A DNA stretch of 64,000 nucleotides from the NCBI GenBank assembly GCA_002269645.1, contig NIVC01002797.1:1-64000 (forward strand), written 5' to 3'. A program made the position numbers and the translations under genes. Each line of letters begins with the position of its first letter. Positions within the stretch are counted from its first letter, which is position 1. Shown piece by piece: positions 1 to 10,870 of the stretch. The stretch comes from Macrostomum lignano (taxonomy: Eukaryota). Below the pieces are notes generated by a model. That model was not told the DNA's origin. It did not search any database and saw only the letters and a list, made by a program, of their open reading frames with translations.

Positions 1-169
1 TTTGCTTTCCAGAAATCGCCCTGTATTTAAACGTAAAACTCATTCTTTAATATTTAGAAATCGTCTTTAAAAAAATTATTAAAAAATAATATTATAAAAA
101 GAATCCTAAAATAGACCTAATTTATTATACTAAAAATTCATTCTAAAGTCGGCTTTCGAATTTTCTAAA

Positions 170-440
170 TCAGACTTCAAAAAGCATTTCAAAATCGGCC
201 TTCAAAAAGCATTTCAAATCGGCCTTTATAAAGCATATCAAATCAACCTTTAAAAAGTATATCAAAATCGGCCTTCAAAAAGCATATCAAATCAGCCTTC
301 AAAAAGCATATCAAATCGGCCTTCAGAAAGCATTATCAAACTCGGCCTTCAAAAAGCATATCAAATCAGCCTTCAAAAAGCATATCAAATCGGCCTTCAG
401 AAAGCATTATAAAACTCGGCCTTCAAAAAGCATGTCAAAA
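170..440. repeat. Intronic minisatellite, ~23-25 bp unit (AAAAGCATATCAAATCGGCCTTC)
   Basis: About 10 diverged tandem copies visible directly upstream of the first BIG3 exon. Confidence 0.85.
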
Positions 441-468
441 TCGGCCCGCTGTTCATCCCATTGCTCAG

Positions 469-617
469 GCGTGACCCACATCGCGGCACTGGAGCGCCAG
501 CTGGTCAGCAGCGGCCAATTCCAGTCTATGGGCGGCCTATTGGCCACGTCAACATCAGATTCCGTAGCGGACAGTCAGCTAGCCGGCTCGGACATTCCCG
601 CCCTTGTCGCTCGCTGG
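469..617 (+). CDS. ARFGEF3: ARFGEF3/BIG3-like, first visible exon (gene begins upstream of the window)
   Basis: Acceptor ttgctcAG at 467-468; open frame GVTHIAALERQL...IPALVARW; joins the next exon in phase 0 through a GC-AG intron at 618-654. Little recognisable homology in this exon itself. Confidence 0.6.
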
Positions 618-654
618 GCAAGTCGGCGGGCACAGCCTACTAACGCCCGCCCAG

Positions 655-1260
655 ACAACTAAAGTTGTAGCCGCTCTGGTCTCGGCAGCTGATCGCCTAT
701 TTGATGACGCGGCCCAGCTTCCTCTGGTATCTTTATTAGCTTTTGTTCGCGCCCTGTGCGACGTGTCGACCGATCTGGTGAGCTGCGGCGACAGCGGGCT
801 GGTCAGCCGGCTCTGCCAGCTGGTGCTTAGCGTGACCCAGTCTGAGCGGCTGCTCGCTCACGTGCTGTGCGTCTGGTCCATCGCTGGCGGCCATTTCACC
901 AAGGCCTGCTCGGAGCAGCGCACGGCTAAGACGGCCGTCAGCAGTTTGCACGAATGCACTGTGGCTCTGCTGCGCTGGCGACCGGAGCGGCCGCATTTCA
1001 ACATGCACGAGGCCGCTTTGAAGCCAGTGGAATGGCTGCTAGGCTTGGAGCTGTGCGATGCAGACACTCAGGATCAGCTGGTCTGCTGCGTGTGCGAACT
1101 GGTTGAAGCGTTTAGCCACGAATTGGGCAGCGGCTGGCGGCCCGTGTTTGCCGCGCTTCGTCACGTGCGCGTCGATTTTGCCGGCTCCGCTGCTGGGGAG
1201 CGGCACGCGGCCGCTGTTAGCGACGTGTTTCAGGCCTTTCTTGGCACAGATTCTACCAAG
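655..1260 (+). CDS. ARFGEF3: ARFGEF3/BIG3-like exon
   Basis: TTKVVAALVSAADRLFDDA, LELCDADTQDQLVCCVCELVE and SGWRPVFAAL match BIG3 motifs as I recall them (ADRLFEDA, LELCDEDVQDQVV, QSGWRPLFSAL). The donor at 1260-1261 is one base out of phase (see findings). Confidence 0.9.
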
Positions 1261-1412
1261 TAGGCTGCTGATTGACGGGGTGAGGGGTTGTAGCTAGTGA
1301 CGGACAGGTGACACGGGTTTTATGTGGCTAATGATGGAGAGGAGGTTGGATATGGCTAATGATGAACAGGTGAGACCTGTCTTTACTACAGTAGTAGTAT
1401 TTACCAAATTAG

Positions 1413-1670
1413 AGGGTTGTAGCCTAATGGTTAGAGAGTCGGACTCACGACTGAAAGGTCGGGGGTTCGATTCTCAGCCCATTTGGAGCAATTTGTGTTT
1501 TTTGAGCAAGACACTTAACTCTGCGTTGCTTCAGTTCACCCAGCTGTAAAATGGGTGCCAGCATTAGCTGGGGTAATTGAAGGTATGTGGCGACCCCCCA
1601 GTCCTTGGACTGAACAGCCGTACGCAGCCTTCAGCTAGGCTGAGCTGTCGGTTGCACATCTGCTCATTAT
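1413..1670 (+). mobile_element. tRNA-derived SINE with a CORE/Meta/Deu-like central domain
   Basis: A-box TAGCCTAATGG (1420-1430) and B-box GGTTCGATTCT (1464-1474), followed by TTGAGCAAGACACTTAAC...CACCCAGCTGTAAAATGGGTGCC, a typical conserved SINE central domain. The 3' end is approximate. Confidence 0.75.
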
Positions 1671-1724
1671 GACAGGTGTAATCAATTATTATTATTTCAA
1701 ATGATTTCATGTAAAAAATAGGTC

Positions 1725-2305
1725 TACTAATTGACAGGTAAAGAGGGGAGGCTACTAATTGACAGGTAGCGATAGGAAGGCTACTGATTGACAAGTAGAG
1801 ATAGGAAGGCTACTGATTGACAGGTAGAGATGGGAGTAGCTACTGATTGACAGCTAGAAATGGGAGGGGCTACAGATTGACAGGTAAAGATAGGAAGGGC
1901 TACTGATTGACAGGTAAAGATAGGAATGGCTACTGATTGACAGGTAAAGATAGGAAGGGCTACTGATTGACAGGTAGAGATGGGAGGGGCTGCTGATTGA
2001 CAGGTAGAGATGGGAGGGGCCACTGATTGACAGGTAAAGATAGGAGAGGCTGCTGATTGACAGGTAAAAATAGGAAGGGCTGCTGATTTGCAGGTAAATA
2101 TAGGAGGGGCTGCTGATTGACAGGCAAATATAGGAGGGGCTGCTGATTGACAGGTAAATATAGGAGGGGCTGCTGATTGACAGGTAAATATAGGAGAGGC
2201 TGCTGATTGACAGGTAAAGATAGGAGAGGCTGCTGATTGACAGGTAAAGATAGGAGAGGCTGCTGATTGACAGGTAAAGATAGGAGGGGCTGCTGATTGA
2301 CAGGT
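1725..2305. repeat. 30-bp intronic minisatellite (TGATTGACAGGTAAAGATAGGAGGGGCTGC), ~19 copies
   Basis: Direct tandem repeat; explains spurious ORFs 1781-2368 and 1854-2330. Confidence 0.95.
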
Positions 2306-2339
2306 TAACATAGCAGATGCAATACGCCAACGCACGCAG

Positions 2340-3200
2340 GTGCTGGCCAACGCCCTAGTGGACTGCATGCTCTGCCTGCTACGCTACGTCCGCGGCCCCG
2401 TGGCCGGCGACCCGGCGGCAGATGAAGACACGGACAGCGAGTCCGATTCGGACACGGGCGAACAGTTCGACTCAAATAGGTCCACTGGCACGTCAGTTGA
2501 TCCCGTCAGCTCAGCGCCGCTCTGCCTGCCAGCCCTGCGCCACTTGGCCACGGCTGCCGGCCTCCTTGGCGACATGGCGCGCATGCCGGCGCCGCCAGCT
2601 TTCAAAGGCGCCGATCGATTCGCCGCTGCTCCGTCAGCTGAATCAGCTTCGTCGTCGAGCGCCGCCGCCGCCGCCGTTAGCGACGGCTCCCCGGGCCGCA
2701 GCCTGGCCCAGCTGGTGCGTAGGTTCCCGCAGCACGACTGGCACCTGCCTGTGCCCGTGGCCTGCCCGGCTTTGCCGTCCGACGGCCCGGAGTCGCCGGC
2801 CGGAGCCGCTTCGGCGCCAGGCTGCGGTCCAAGCTCCGACCTGCTGGCCGTGTGGTGGCTGCTTATCGACGGGCTGCTGTCGGCCGCCTGGGAATCGCCA
2901 GCCGCTGCCCAGGCGTTCACAGCCGCCTTCGACCTGCTGCGATCCGGCCTGGCCAGCCCCGGCTGCGATGCCGTGCTGTTCGCCTTCCAGCGCCTGCTGC
3001 TGCCCCAGCTGTTGAAGCGTCTGCGCTGCTGTGCCGCCTGCGAGCGACCTTCGCGGGTGACGGCACTCCGGCAGGCCTGCGGGCTGACCACCGACCTGGC
3101 CGTGCACCTGCTGCGCGAGGCTGGCCCTGAGTTCGCGTCCGGCGCCGTGCAGAGCCTGCTGCATGTGCTCATCGACTGCGTGTCCAGCTGCTCTGAGCAG
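2340..3200 (+). CDS. ARFGEF3: ARFGEF3/BIG3-like exon
   Basis: Acceptor cgcAG at 2338-2339; VLANALVDCMLCLLRYVRG resembles BIG3 VFANAATSYIMCLMKFVKG; donor CAG|GTGCTT at 3201, phase 0. Confidence 0.88.
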
Positions 3201-3218
3201 GTGCTTACAATGTGGCCT

Positions 3219-3540
3219 CCCAGATCCTCAGTTGCTGGGCCAGCCTACCAGATCCTCAGTTGCTGGGCCACTACCTACCAGATCCTCAGTTGCTGGGCCA
3301 CTACCTACCAGATCCTCAGTTGCTGGGCCACTACCTACCAGATCCTCAGTTGCTGGGCCACTACCTACCAGATCCTCAGTTGCTGGGCCACTACCTACCA
3401 GATCCTCAGTTGCTGGGCCACTACCTACCAGATCCTCAGTTGCTGGGCCACTACCTACCAGATCCTCAGTTGCTGGGCCACTACCTACCAGATCCTCAGT
3501 TGCTGGGCCACTACCTACCAGATCCTCAGTTGCGGGCCCA
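3219..3540. repeat. 30-bp intronic minisatellite (CAGATCCTCAGTTGCTGGGCCACTACCTAC), ~10 copies
   Basis: Near-perfect tandem copies; same family as 23345-23590 (opposite strand) and 17493-17535. Confidence 0.95.
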
Positions 3541-3626
3541 ACTCCCAGAGTGTCAGTTGCTGAGCCACCTGGGGCTACAGCTAGTCACTTATTAGTTATT
3601 AAGTTTTTATCCAACCCCATTGCCAG

Positions 3627-3915
3627 GTGTGCCGGCTTGGCTGTTCCTGCCTGCGGCACTTCCTCATCTCATCGACGCCCTACCTGTCGGCCGAGCTGTG
3701 GACGGCCTGCTGCCAGGCCCTGCGCTCCGGCCTGCAGCTGTCCTGGGAGCCGCTGCTCCGGCTGGGCCTGGTGTTCTCGCGCCATTCCGACCAGTTTTAT
3801 GGCGATCTGGGCCACATCCGGGTGGCGGCCAGGCGGGAGCCGCGCGGACAATCGAGACGGATGTACCAGCTGGCTAGGCAGCTGTTCCTGCTGGATGGCC
3901 AATTCGACTTCTCCG
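3627..3915 (+). CDS. ARFGEF3: ARFGEF3/BIG3-like exon
   Basis: Acceptor gccAG at 3625-3626; VCRLGCSCLRHFL...ELWTACCQAL resembles BIG3 SRVGCSCIRYVL...MWRLACCAL; donor G|GTGAGC at 3916 is phase 1 and matches the acceptor at 17583. Confidence 0.9.
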
Positions 3916-5316
3916 GTGAGCTCTTGTAGTGCAGCCTGGGACGGGGCCAATAAGCTGCCAGCTATCAATGATTAGTGAGGATTTTATAGGCTGTACATTG
4001 TCAATCAGTGACTTTCGCCAATTTTGGTGGCTTTGTACTAGCAATCTGCGCCCCCCCCCAACCCCGGTTGGGTAGGCAACAAAGAAAGGTGAGCTTTGGC
4101 ATCGAAGCCTGCCTTAAAGCCCCTAGCTGAACCCTAACTCTAACTTTGATCTACCGTTGAATCTAGCGTTCAATTACAAAAAATAACTATTCTGAATTTA
4201 TTGTACTTAATTGCATGCCCGTAATTAAGGAATCAGATGAGTTTCACGATGCCTTTTTGAGTTGCTGTCACACAAACCCATGGTTAAAGAAAAAAGACTA
4301 ACACAATGAAAGACGCTAGCAAGCCAATGGTACAAGTGTTGCATGTCTAATACGGGGAACTATTGTGAAAATATTTGTTATGTGAGGCTTTTCCGCAAAT
4401 TTATTCTAGAACCTTTGTAGTATTATATAAAGCTCGTGTGAAGATCACTGCAGATAAAAAAACTATGACGGACACACACCCGTCTTCAGGTTTCAGATCT
4501 CAACAGCAGCCGTCTTAAAAGTAACATGAAAAAATAGAACGCTTTTACAGCAACGTTTAACATTCAACAAATAGCAACTAATGGCTACCCGGCAAAAAAT
4601 ATGTAAATTTTTAGACCGCAAATTTTGACCGCATGGCCCTATCTCACAAGAGTAACAAATACGGTCAAAAAAACTTGCCAGTAGTTACGTTTGGGGTCAA
4701 ACCTCGTTTTCCTTTGACCGCAAATCTCCATTTTTTGCGTATTTATTGCAGTCAAATTTGTCCATCGTTTTGCGGTCAGAATGTGGTCCAGATGTACTGT
4801 ATATCTCTCTGTCTCTCTGTGACTGAGCTCCATTTTTCCCTAAAGGAAGAGGAATGAGGAATCCGTGGAAGAGGAATCAACTGGTTAATCAAATGAATAA
4901 ATCATGAAAAGCTAAATCATAAACCGTGATAGAAAAGAACGGTAAAAACAGCAGAACGGCAAAGAACGGCACCGATATGCTTTCACTGTATTTGCTAGAG
5001 GTAAAACAAAAACGAAAACTACAAAAGTTGAGTGAAAGCAATTAAAACTAAAACAAATATTGGCTGTCAATGTTTACAGAAAAACGAGCATAAATGCCGT
5101 TTATAAGCAGAAGCATTCAGTTTTGGTGCAGTTTTTTTCAGGAGAAAGTCAGTCTGGAGACATTTGATTGAAGCTTTGATTGAATTCTAGGCTGACTGTT
5201 GCTAGAATTTTGAGGCGCGGGAAAAAATAAACCGCTTATTAAAATTCTCAGGTTGTGCTTTAATTTTGAGACTGACTTAACTCCTGAATATACTGCCACT
5301 TTGGGCGCACGTACAA

Positions 5317-6650
5317 TTAAGCTAGGAACTGGTGCAACAGCTCCACCTCAAAGTCGTGCATGTCACGCACATAACTGTTCGACGGGCTAGCAGAGGCTGT
5401 GGCGGCGCTGCCGACATGGCCAGTATAGTTGGCGTTCGACGGGCCAGCAGAGGCTGTGGCGGCGCTGCCGACATGGCCAGTATAGTTGGCGTTCGACGGG
5501 CCAGCAGAGGCTGTAGCGGCGCTGCCGACATGGCCAGTATTGCTACCAGCGGTGGAGGTCTTAGCTTTTATTACGGGGCACGCCCAGGCGCCTGCGTGCT
5601 GTTGCCGTGCAGCGCGCTGCAGTTCCCGCGGCTCCAGTGGGCACCCGATCTTCCGCATGAATCGCTCCATGTGACCAAGTGATGCGCAGTCGGCCGGAGT
5701 GCTCGGGCTGTTGCCGACCTTCCTGCGAGGGTCCGCACGAGCGCCCACTTGGCGATTTTTTTGCGCCGGTTTAGTTTCTCCACTTCAGCCGCATTCACGG
5801 CTGTCGCACTCCTGGCGCCGACCTACTTCTACCAGGACATAGGGCATGTCCTCTGCCAGAGGGACAAGGCCGGTGGACTCGGCTGGTTTGGGATAGAGAT
5901 GAGGGTGACCAGTCAGTCAGATGAGTTAGAACGATTGCTCTGTAAGTATTTGTAGATCTCACCTGGCGTACTGTGCGGCAGCACAGCGACCCGGTTGGCA
6001 CTCCGGCCCTCTCCACTAGCAGTGGCAGCAGTGTTATCGACCAGCATAGCTTCGGCTTCAAACGATAATCGGCAATCTGCATCAGGATCGATGTCGATTC
6101 CTGGTGCAACATGATCCTGTGGGCCATCGGTCGCCTGTAAAGAGGAAGCTGCCCGCTGCATGTGAGCGACTGCCTGTGCGCATCGCTTCTCCTGTAGGGC
6201 ACGAAGGCGCTGCTCCTCGGCTAGAAGCGCTTCCAGCGCCGTCTCCGACGCAACAGGTAAGCGACCTGTTGTTGGAGTTCATTAGCACGGGCATCTGCGT
6301 CCTGCAACTGGGCCGTACGGCGCTGCAACTCGGCCCTTGTGGCAGAAAAGGTGACACAAATAAATGACCGAAACGAAACGAACATCGACGTTGCAACAAC
6401 GAAAGGTGACAGCGGGTGTTCACTTATTAATTACCTTTGGCGTCGGCCAGGTCGCGGACGCGGGACACTTCGAGCTGCAGGTTGCGGCAGGCTGGACACC
6501 TTCGGGGCAGCTCGGGCTGTGGCACCTCGCGACGGCTAAGATTTGCGATCGCTAGCGCCTCCTCCCTGGTCGTTACCCGGCCCCGGAAATATGAGGTAGC
6601 AGAAATATTGTGGCCACAGTACGCTAGTCCGATTGTTCAGAAAAAAGCTG
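5317..6650 (-). pseudogene. Second ORF (TnpA/ORF2-like) of the CACTA element, spliced and frameshifted
   Basis: GC-rich coding-like blocks downstream of the transposase stop: branch and acceptor TGCTAACTTTCACAG (AG at 6649-6648), FLNNRTSVLWPQ, coiled-coil-like AELQRRTAQLQDADARANELQQQVAYLL, and ORF 5317-5748. The reading frame cannot be reconstructed uniquely. Confidence 0.5.
5378..5545. repeat. 57-bp tandem repeat x3 within ORF2 (minus strand reads GHVGSAATASAGPSNANYT)
   Basis: Direct repeat; its length is a multiple of 3. Confidence 0.9.
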
Positions 6651-6850
6651 TGAAAGTTAGCATGTAGCACTTTAACAAATTTATTAACGGTAAAGGTAAA
6701 CGGTAAACATAACTTCTTTATAAGCGGAGAGTAAGCACAGCGAAAACAGTGCAAATTAATAATTGAACATACGGCTTGAAACTATAAAGAGGAAAACAAC
6801 GGAACAACAGAATCAAACAGGGCAGTGGCTATTGCGTAATAAGTTTACAA

Positions 6851-9560
6851 TTACGACGTGGCCAACTGGGTATGCGGTAGCATTGCAATCGACGTCGGCG
6901 ACACGTCGCACGCGCCTAAGATGTCCGTCAGATTGACATCGACTGCATTGCCGAGGGCTTCTGTAGGGCCGAAAGGGTCGCACTGCAGGCGGCAAACATG
7001 CCAGCAGCGGCAACCACGGTGCTCCGTATCCGCCGACGACACGTTGCTCAACGCCTCCAAGGGGTCGGGAAGCAGTGCAACGGGCAGGAGCTTGCACGTC
7101 AGCCAGATGCCACCCAACTGGCACAGGGTGATAGCTTCAACGCGTGCGAAGTGCAGACCCTTCTGTCCGTCACCATAGAAGCCGACGAAGCTCGAGCACG
7201 CAGTGCGTGGGATGCACTTGGTTGCATTCCAACGCTCGATAAAGAGGCCGGACTGCGTCGACGCACTGCTCCACTGGTTCGCCATGCCATGGTGCCGTCG
7301 CAAGACAAACGCCGTTGACAACACGCATCTGTGTTGCCCGAGACGAAGCCTTCTGGGCGCGGTTCGGCTGCTGCAGTCCTGCGAACCTTTGTCAGCTGCG
7401 TTGCCACGTCTCGCTCAACGACATTGAAGACCTCGAGGTCTGTGTGGCGCGACGCGTGCAGCCGCCTGCGGAGTCGGCAATGCATGGTCTCAAAAATGCC
7501 GGCTGACTGGTGGTGCAGCGGACCGACCAAGTGCGCGAAGGCCTTCATGTGCTGGCACACCTATTGGAACGTTAAATCGTGCGGCGTTGTACGTATGCTA
7601 CATCTGCATGTCCTTTTTTCCTGGTGATAGTTGCATGCTTGGATATAAACTTTCTCACCATCTTACCTGGTGTGAGTTGTAGGTCATCGCTCGTTCGCTA
7701 TACAACTGGGCCAGCTTTGCGATGAAGTACAACAGCGAATTTCTGACGAACGGCAATTCGCGTCGCAGTAGACCGGAGTCCAGCGTCAGCCAAAAGATGG
7801 CGGTCGACAGAACTAGGAAGTGCTGGTAGTAGCGGTCGGGCAGAAATTCATGCAGTACCATGGGCCAAACGCCAGCAGCCGTGCTCGTGGCCGCGGAAGT
7901 GCGGCACCTCGCTGAGACTGCGGACTCGCTGCCGCTGCACAGATCTGGGACAGGAGCAGAGTTGCACTGTCTTATCGCATATTCAGGTGCGGCTGCAGAC
8001 CGCGGTGTACATACCTGGGCAGACGCACGCGACGCAGCCGCTCATCTACCGCTTGTCGGAGATGATAAATGTGCGCACCCGGCGCGGCGTTCGGATCAGG
8101 TCTCCTGACGTGTGGCAGAAACCATTGCCACATGTGCCAGCGGACCAGGCCCAAGCAGAGCTGATGGAGGTAGCACGGCGGGGTGCCACGGACGTAGTCA
8201 AAGCCGGACAGGTAAGCCAGTGGAGACAAACCCATTATGCCAAGGATGTCGGTGTTGGGTGCTGCTCCCTCAAGGCGCCGGCGCTCCGCAAGGGCCACTG
8301 AGTCCGGCATGTTGCGCAAGTCGGTTTGCGTACACCCAAGCCTCTCCGCAGAACGCCGCATTGAGGTGGACAGGTGGACGGGATAGTGGCGGCCGCCTCC
8401 CGGTAACGCTGCCGTCTTTACGTAACAGTTGTCGCAGCCGTATCTGTGTGGAGTTTAGAGGTTGGAACGAAATAATAGTAAAATTCTGGAATTACAGATT
8501 GACCCAAAACTGTTTAGAAGCGTCAGCACGTAGTACGTTTGTCGATATACATATGGGAGACAATTACTTGGCGGAGTGACTTCTCATACAAAGGGCATCC
8601 GCCCTTGCCGGAGCGTCAAACATAGCTGTTAACGGGTGGAGTCGCAGAACCCTCTGCTGACCAGTGGCGTCCACGTAAGCGACTCCATTGTGGCGAAGGT
8701 CGTTGAGAACGTCAACAACGACTGGCAAGAAGGCAAAAAACTTCAACTCTTTGCTACTCGCCCAGACGCCAAGGGTAATAACGAAGCGAAGCCGCTGCTT
8801 GCTATGTACCTCCGTGATACTGAGGTACACGGGACACACCTTGATAGGGGTGGTTCGATGGTAGGGGAAAGCGTCCGAGGCGACGGTGTAGGAGACGTCT
8901 TCGTTGTCTGCCAGACGTATTCCCTCCACGAACTCCAGTAAAGTACACTGCTGTGGACGTCTAGTACGCCTGAGGGTCACTAGGGCGGATTAACACAACT
9001 AAATAGAATACCCGGTACACCAGCTGCGCTTATTTCGAAATGCTGCTGTCATAATTGTGACAGACGTAATACCTGGAACTGGTATGCGATCCACAATCCG
9101 TCGCATCCGTCGCAAGCAATCCGTCGCATTCGATGTGCGTCCTAATGTGTCTCTTGACGTCGAGCACCCAGAAGTTGCCGACGTTGGTACTGCCACAGTG
9201 GGAGCACACATCACCCGGTCGACACGAGCCGGTCGAATTGCTGGCACACGCACTGCAGATGGTGAAGCACTTGGACGTACCCAACACACTTGTGGACGCA
9301 TTGGTGTACGATGTCAGTTTATAGACCGTGCGAGGCCAAGCGTTGTCTGGTACAAGAAGGCGCTGGACGCCATTCTGCGACAATGCAAGGTCGCGCCTGC
9401 CCACTTGAATCTCAGAGACCGCGTCGCCCAGGGTGACAGGCAGAGAGGCGTGGAAGGGAACGTTCAGGAGCTCCTCGGCAGCGCCAGCATTGACTGGGTC
9501 AGCGGCATTCTCGGCCGCGACAGCGGCATCCTCCAGCTCCGCGGCCTGCAGTAACTCACC
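6851..9560 (-). pseudogene. EnSpm/CACTA DDE transposase, multi-exon, with frameshifts
   Basis: N-terminal TLGDAVSEI...LALSQNGVQRLL...NAWPRTVYKL, then CxxC...CxxC. Catalytic-type motifs SDAFP (D ~8874), FDAPARA (D ~8616), HSAKYGCDNC, GFDYVRGTPPCYLH, MTYNSHQ and GPLHHQSAGIFE (E ~7490). GT-AG introns at 8567-8444, 8014-7945 and 7666-7561, plus probably one near 9072-8970. Frameshifts near 7862-7882 and ~7320. Confidence 0.88.
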
Positions 9561-10801
9561 CCGACAGTTGGCCAATGCGTGCACGAAATCATCGCCCGTG
9601 CAGCGAATAAAGCGGCAGGGCGAGACGGTTAGCAGCTGTATGGCCGACGGTAGTGGTTGGCGGGCCCGACCCGAGACACTGCCGTGGAGGCGGGCTGGAG
9701 CGTCTAAGCTGGCCAGGATTACCAGTTCGCGAAGCTCCGGCTGACGGGTAGCCAGCAGGCCTTCAGCTCGGAGCTTCTCGCACTGGAGCAGCGTCAGGCT
9801 CCTCAGCCTAGGCCACGCGGCGAGAAAAGAGCGGAGGCCGCGATCAGTCAATCGGACGCACTTTTCTAGACTGCATTACGCAGCTGGCTGCCGTTACGGC
9901 CGACGGCTGCAGACATTTGCGCGGCGAGTGCATCCGAAATAGCCGTACCGCCCACTGTCAACTCTCGCAGACTGGGCAACAACAGCCAGCAGTTCTGTAA
10001 TTTGTATTTTGTTCAGTACCAGCTTAAATACTGGGTGGATGAGTGGTAAAACAAGTAAGTATTACAAAGTTAGTGGGCAAGAAAGTATCACTATGCAACA
10101 ACTAAGTAACTACGCAAGTATTGAACACCCACCAACACTAGCGCCACATAAATCGACCACGACCAGGCCGCGCAAGCAAATCCCGCAATCCGATTGTAAG
10201 GCCGCGTCAATAACTCGGCAACGCCCGTCAAACGCCAGCCGTATCGATGAGAGCTGGCAAAGGAGGCTGCGGAACATTGGCTCGCAGGTAGAGGGGTCCG
10301 CCAGTGCTCCGACGTCGTCTATCTCGACGTGGGTGAGGCCTGGACAGCCGTCCACAATGGCCCTCAGAGCCTCGGCTGTCAGCATATCTCGGCAGTCCAG
10401 GAGGCGGAGTCTACGGAGTCGGTGACAGCCGCGGCCAACGGCGACCAGTGGGTTGGGTGCAGACTCGGTTTGATCAATCGCCGTTAGAAGGAGGTCCGGA
10501 GGTTGCGACAGTCGCGCAGCATGAGCGACAGCTGCTGCAGCGTGGCGTCCCTCGGTTGATCCAGGTAGCCAAACTCCACTTCCTCCACCGTAGCCGCCAG
10601 CCAAACCCTCAGACATGATAGTGCCGATGCGGATGGGTCCCCGGCCTCGATAAGTGCCGGATCCAGCCGCAAGCGGCGCCACAGCAGGGGCTGCATTGCG
10701 ACATCCAGGAAGCGGCGATTCACGTAGGCGCATTGCATAAGGCTCTGAACGTCGAGCTCCGCGAAAATCTGCGTCAGTATCTCGCATGGCAGTGCGTCCA
10801 T
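9560..10801 (-). CDS. F-box + leucine-rich-repeat (FBXL-like) region, apparently the N-terminus of the transposase transcript
   Basis: ATG at 10801: MDALPCEILTQIFAELDVQSLMQCAYVNRRFLDVAMQPLLWRRLRL fits the F-box consensus. FBXL-type LRRs: GCHRLRRLRLLDCRDMLTAEALRAIVDGCPGLTHVEI, PSLRELTVGGTAISD, SLEKCVRLTDRGLRSFLAAWPRLRSLTLLQCEKL. Intron from ~10132/10136 to 9995. One-base frameshifts near 10497 and 9875. Confidence 0.85.
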
Positions 10802-10860
10802 GTTTAGCTGCAACAATGTTTAATGTCCGGGTCGATCTCATGCTCCTGCTCATTCTCTAG

Positions 10861-10870
10861 CTATATATAG
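10861..10870 (-). promoter_or_regulatory. Candidate TATA box of the F-box-transposase transcript
   Basis: CTATATATAG about 60 nt upstream of the F-box ATG, inside the element's 5' end. Confidence 0.4.

Noticed and set aside
1781-2368. Long repetitive ORFs (also 3163-3975, 18359-19983, 23302-23669, 24472-25067, 44124-45098, 60131-60578)
   Set aside because: They are translations of intronic or intergenic minisatellites that happen to lack stops; splice signals place them outside exons.
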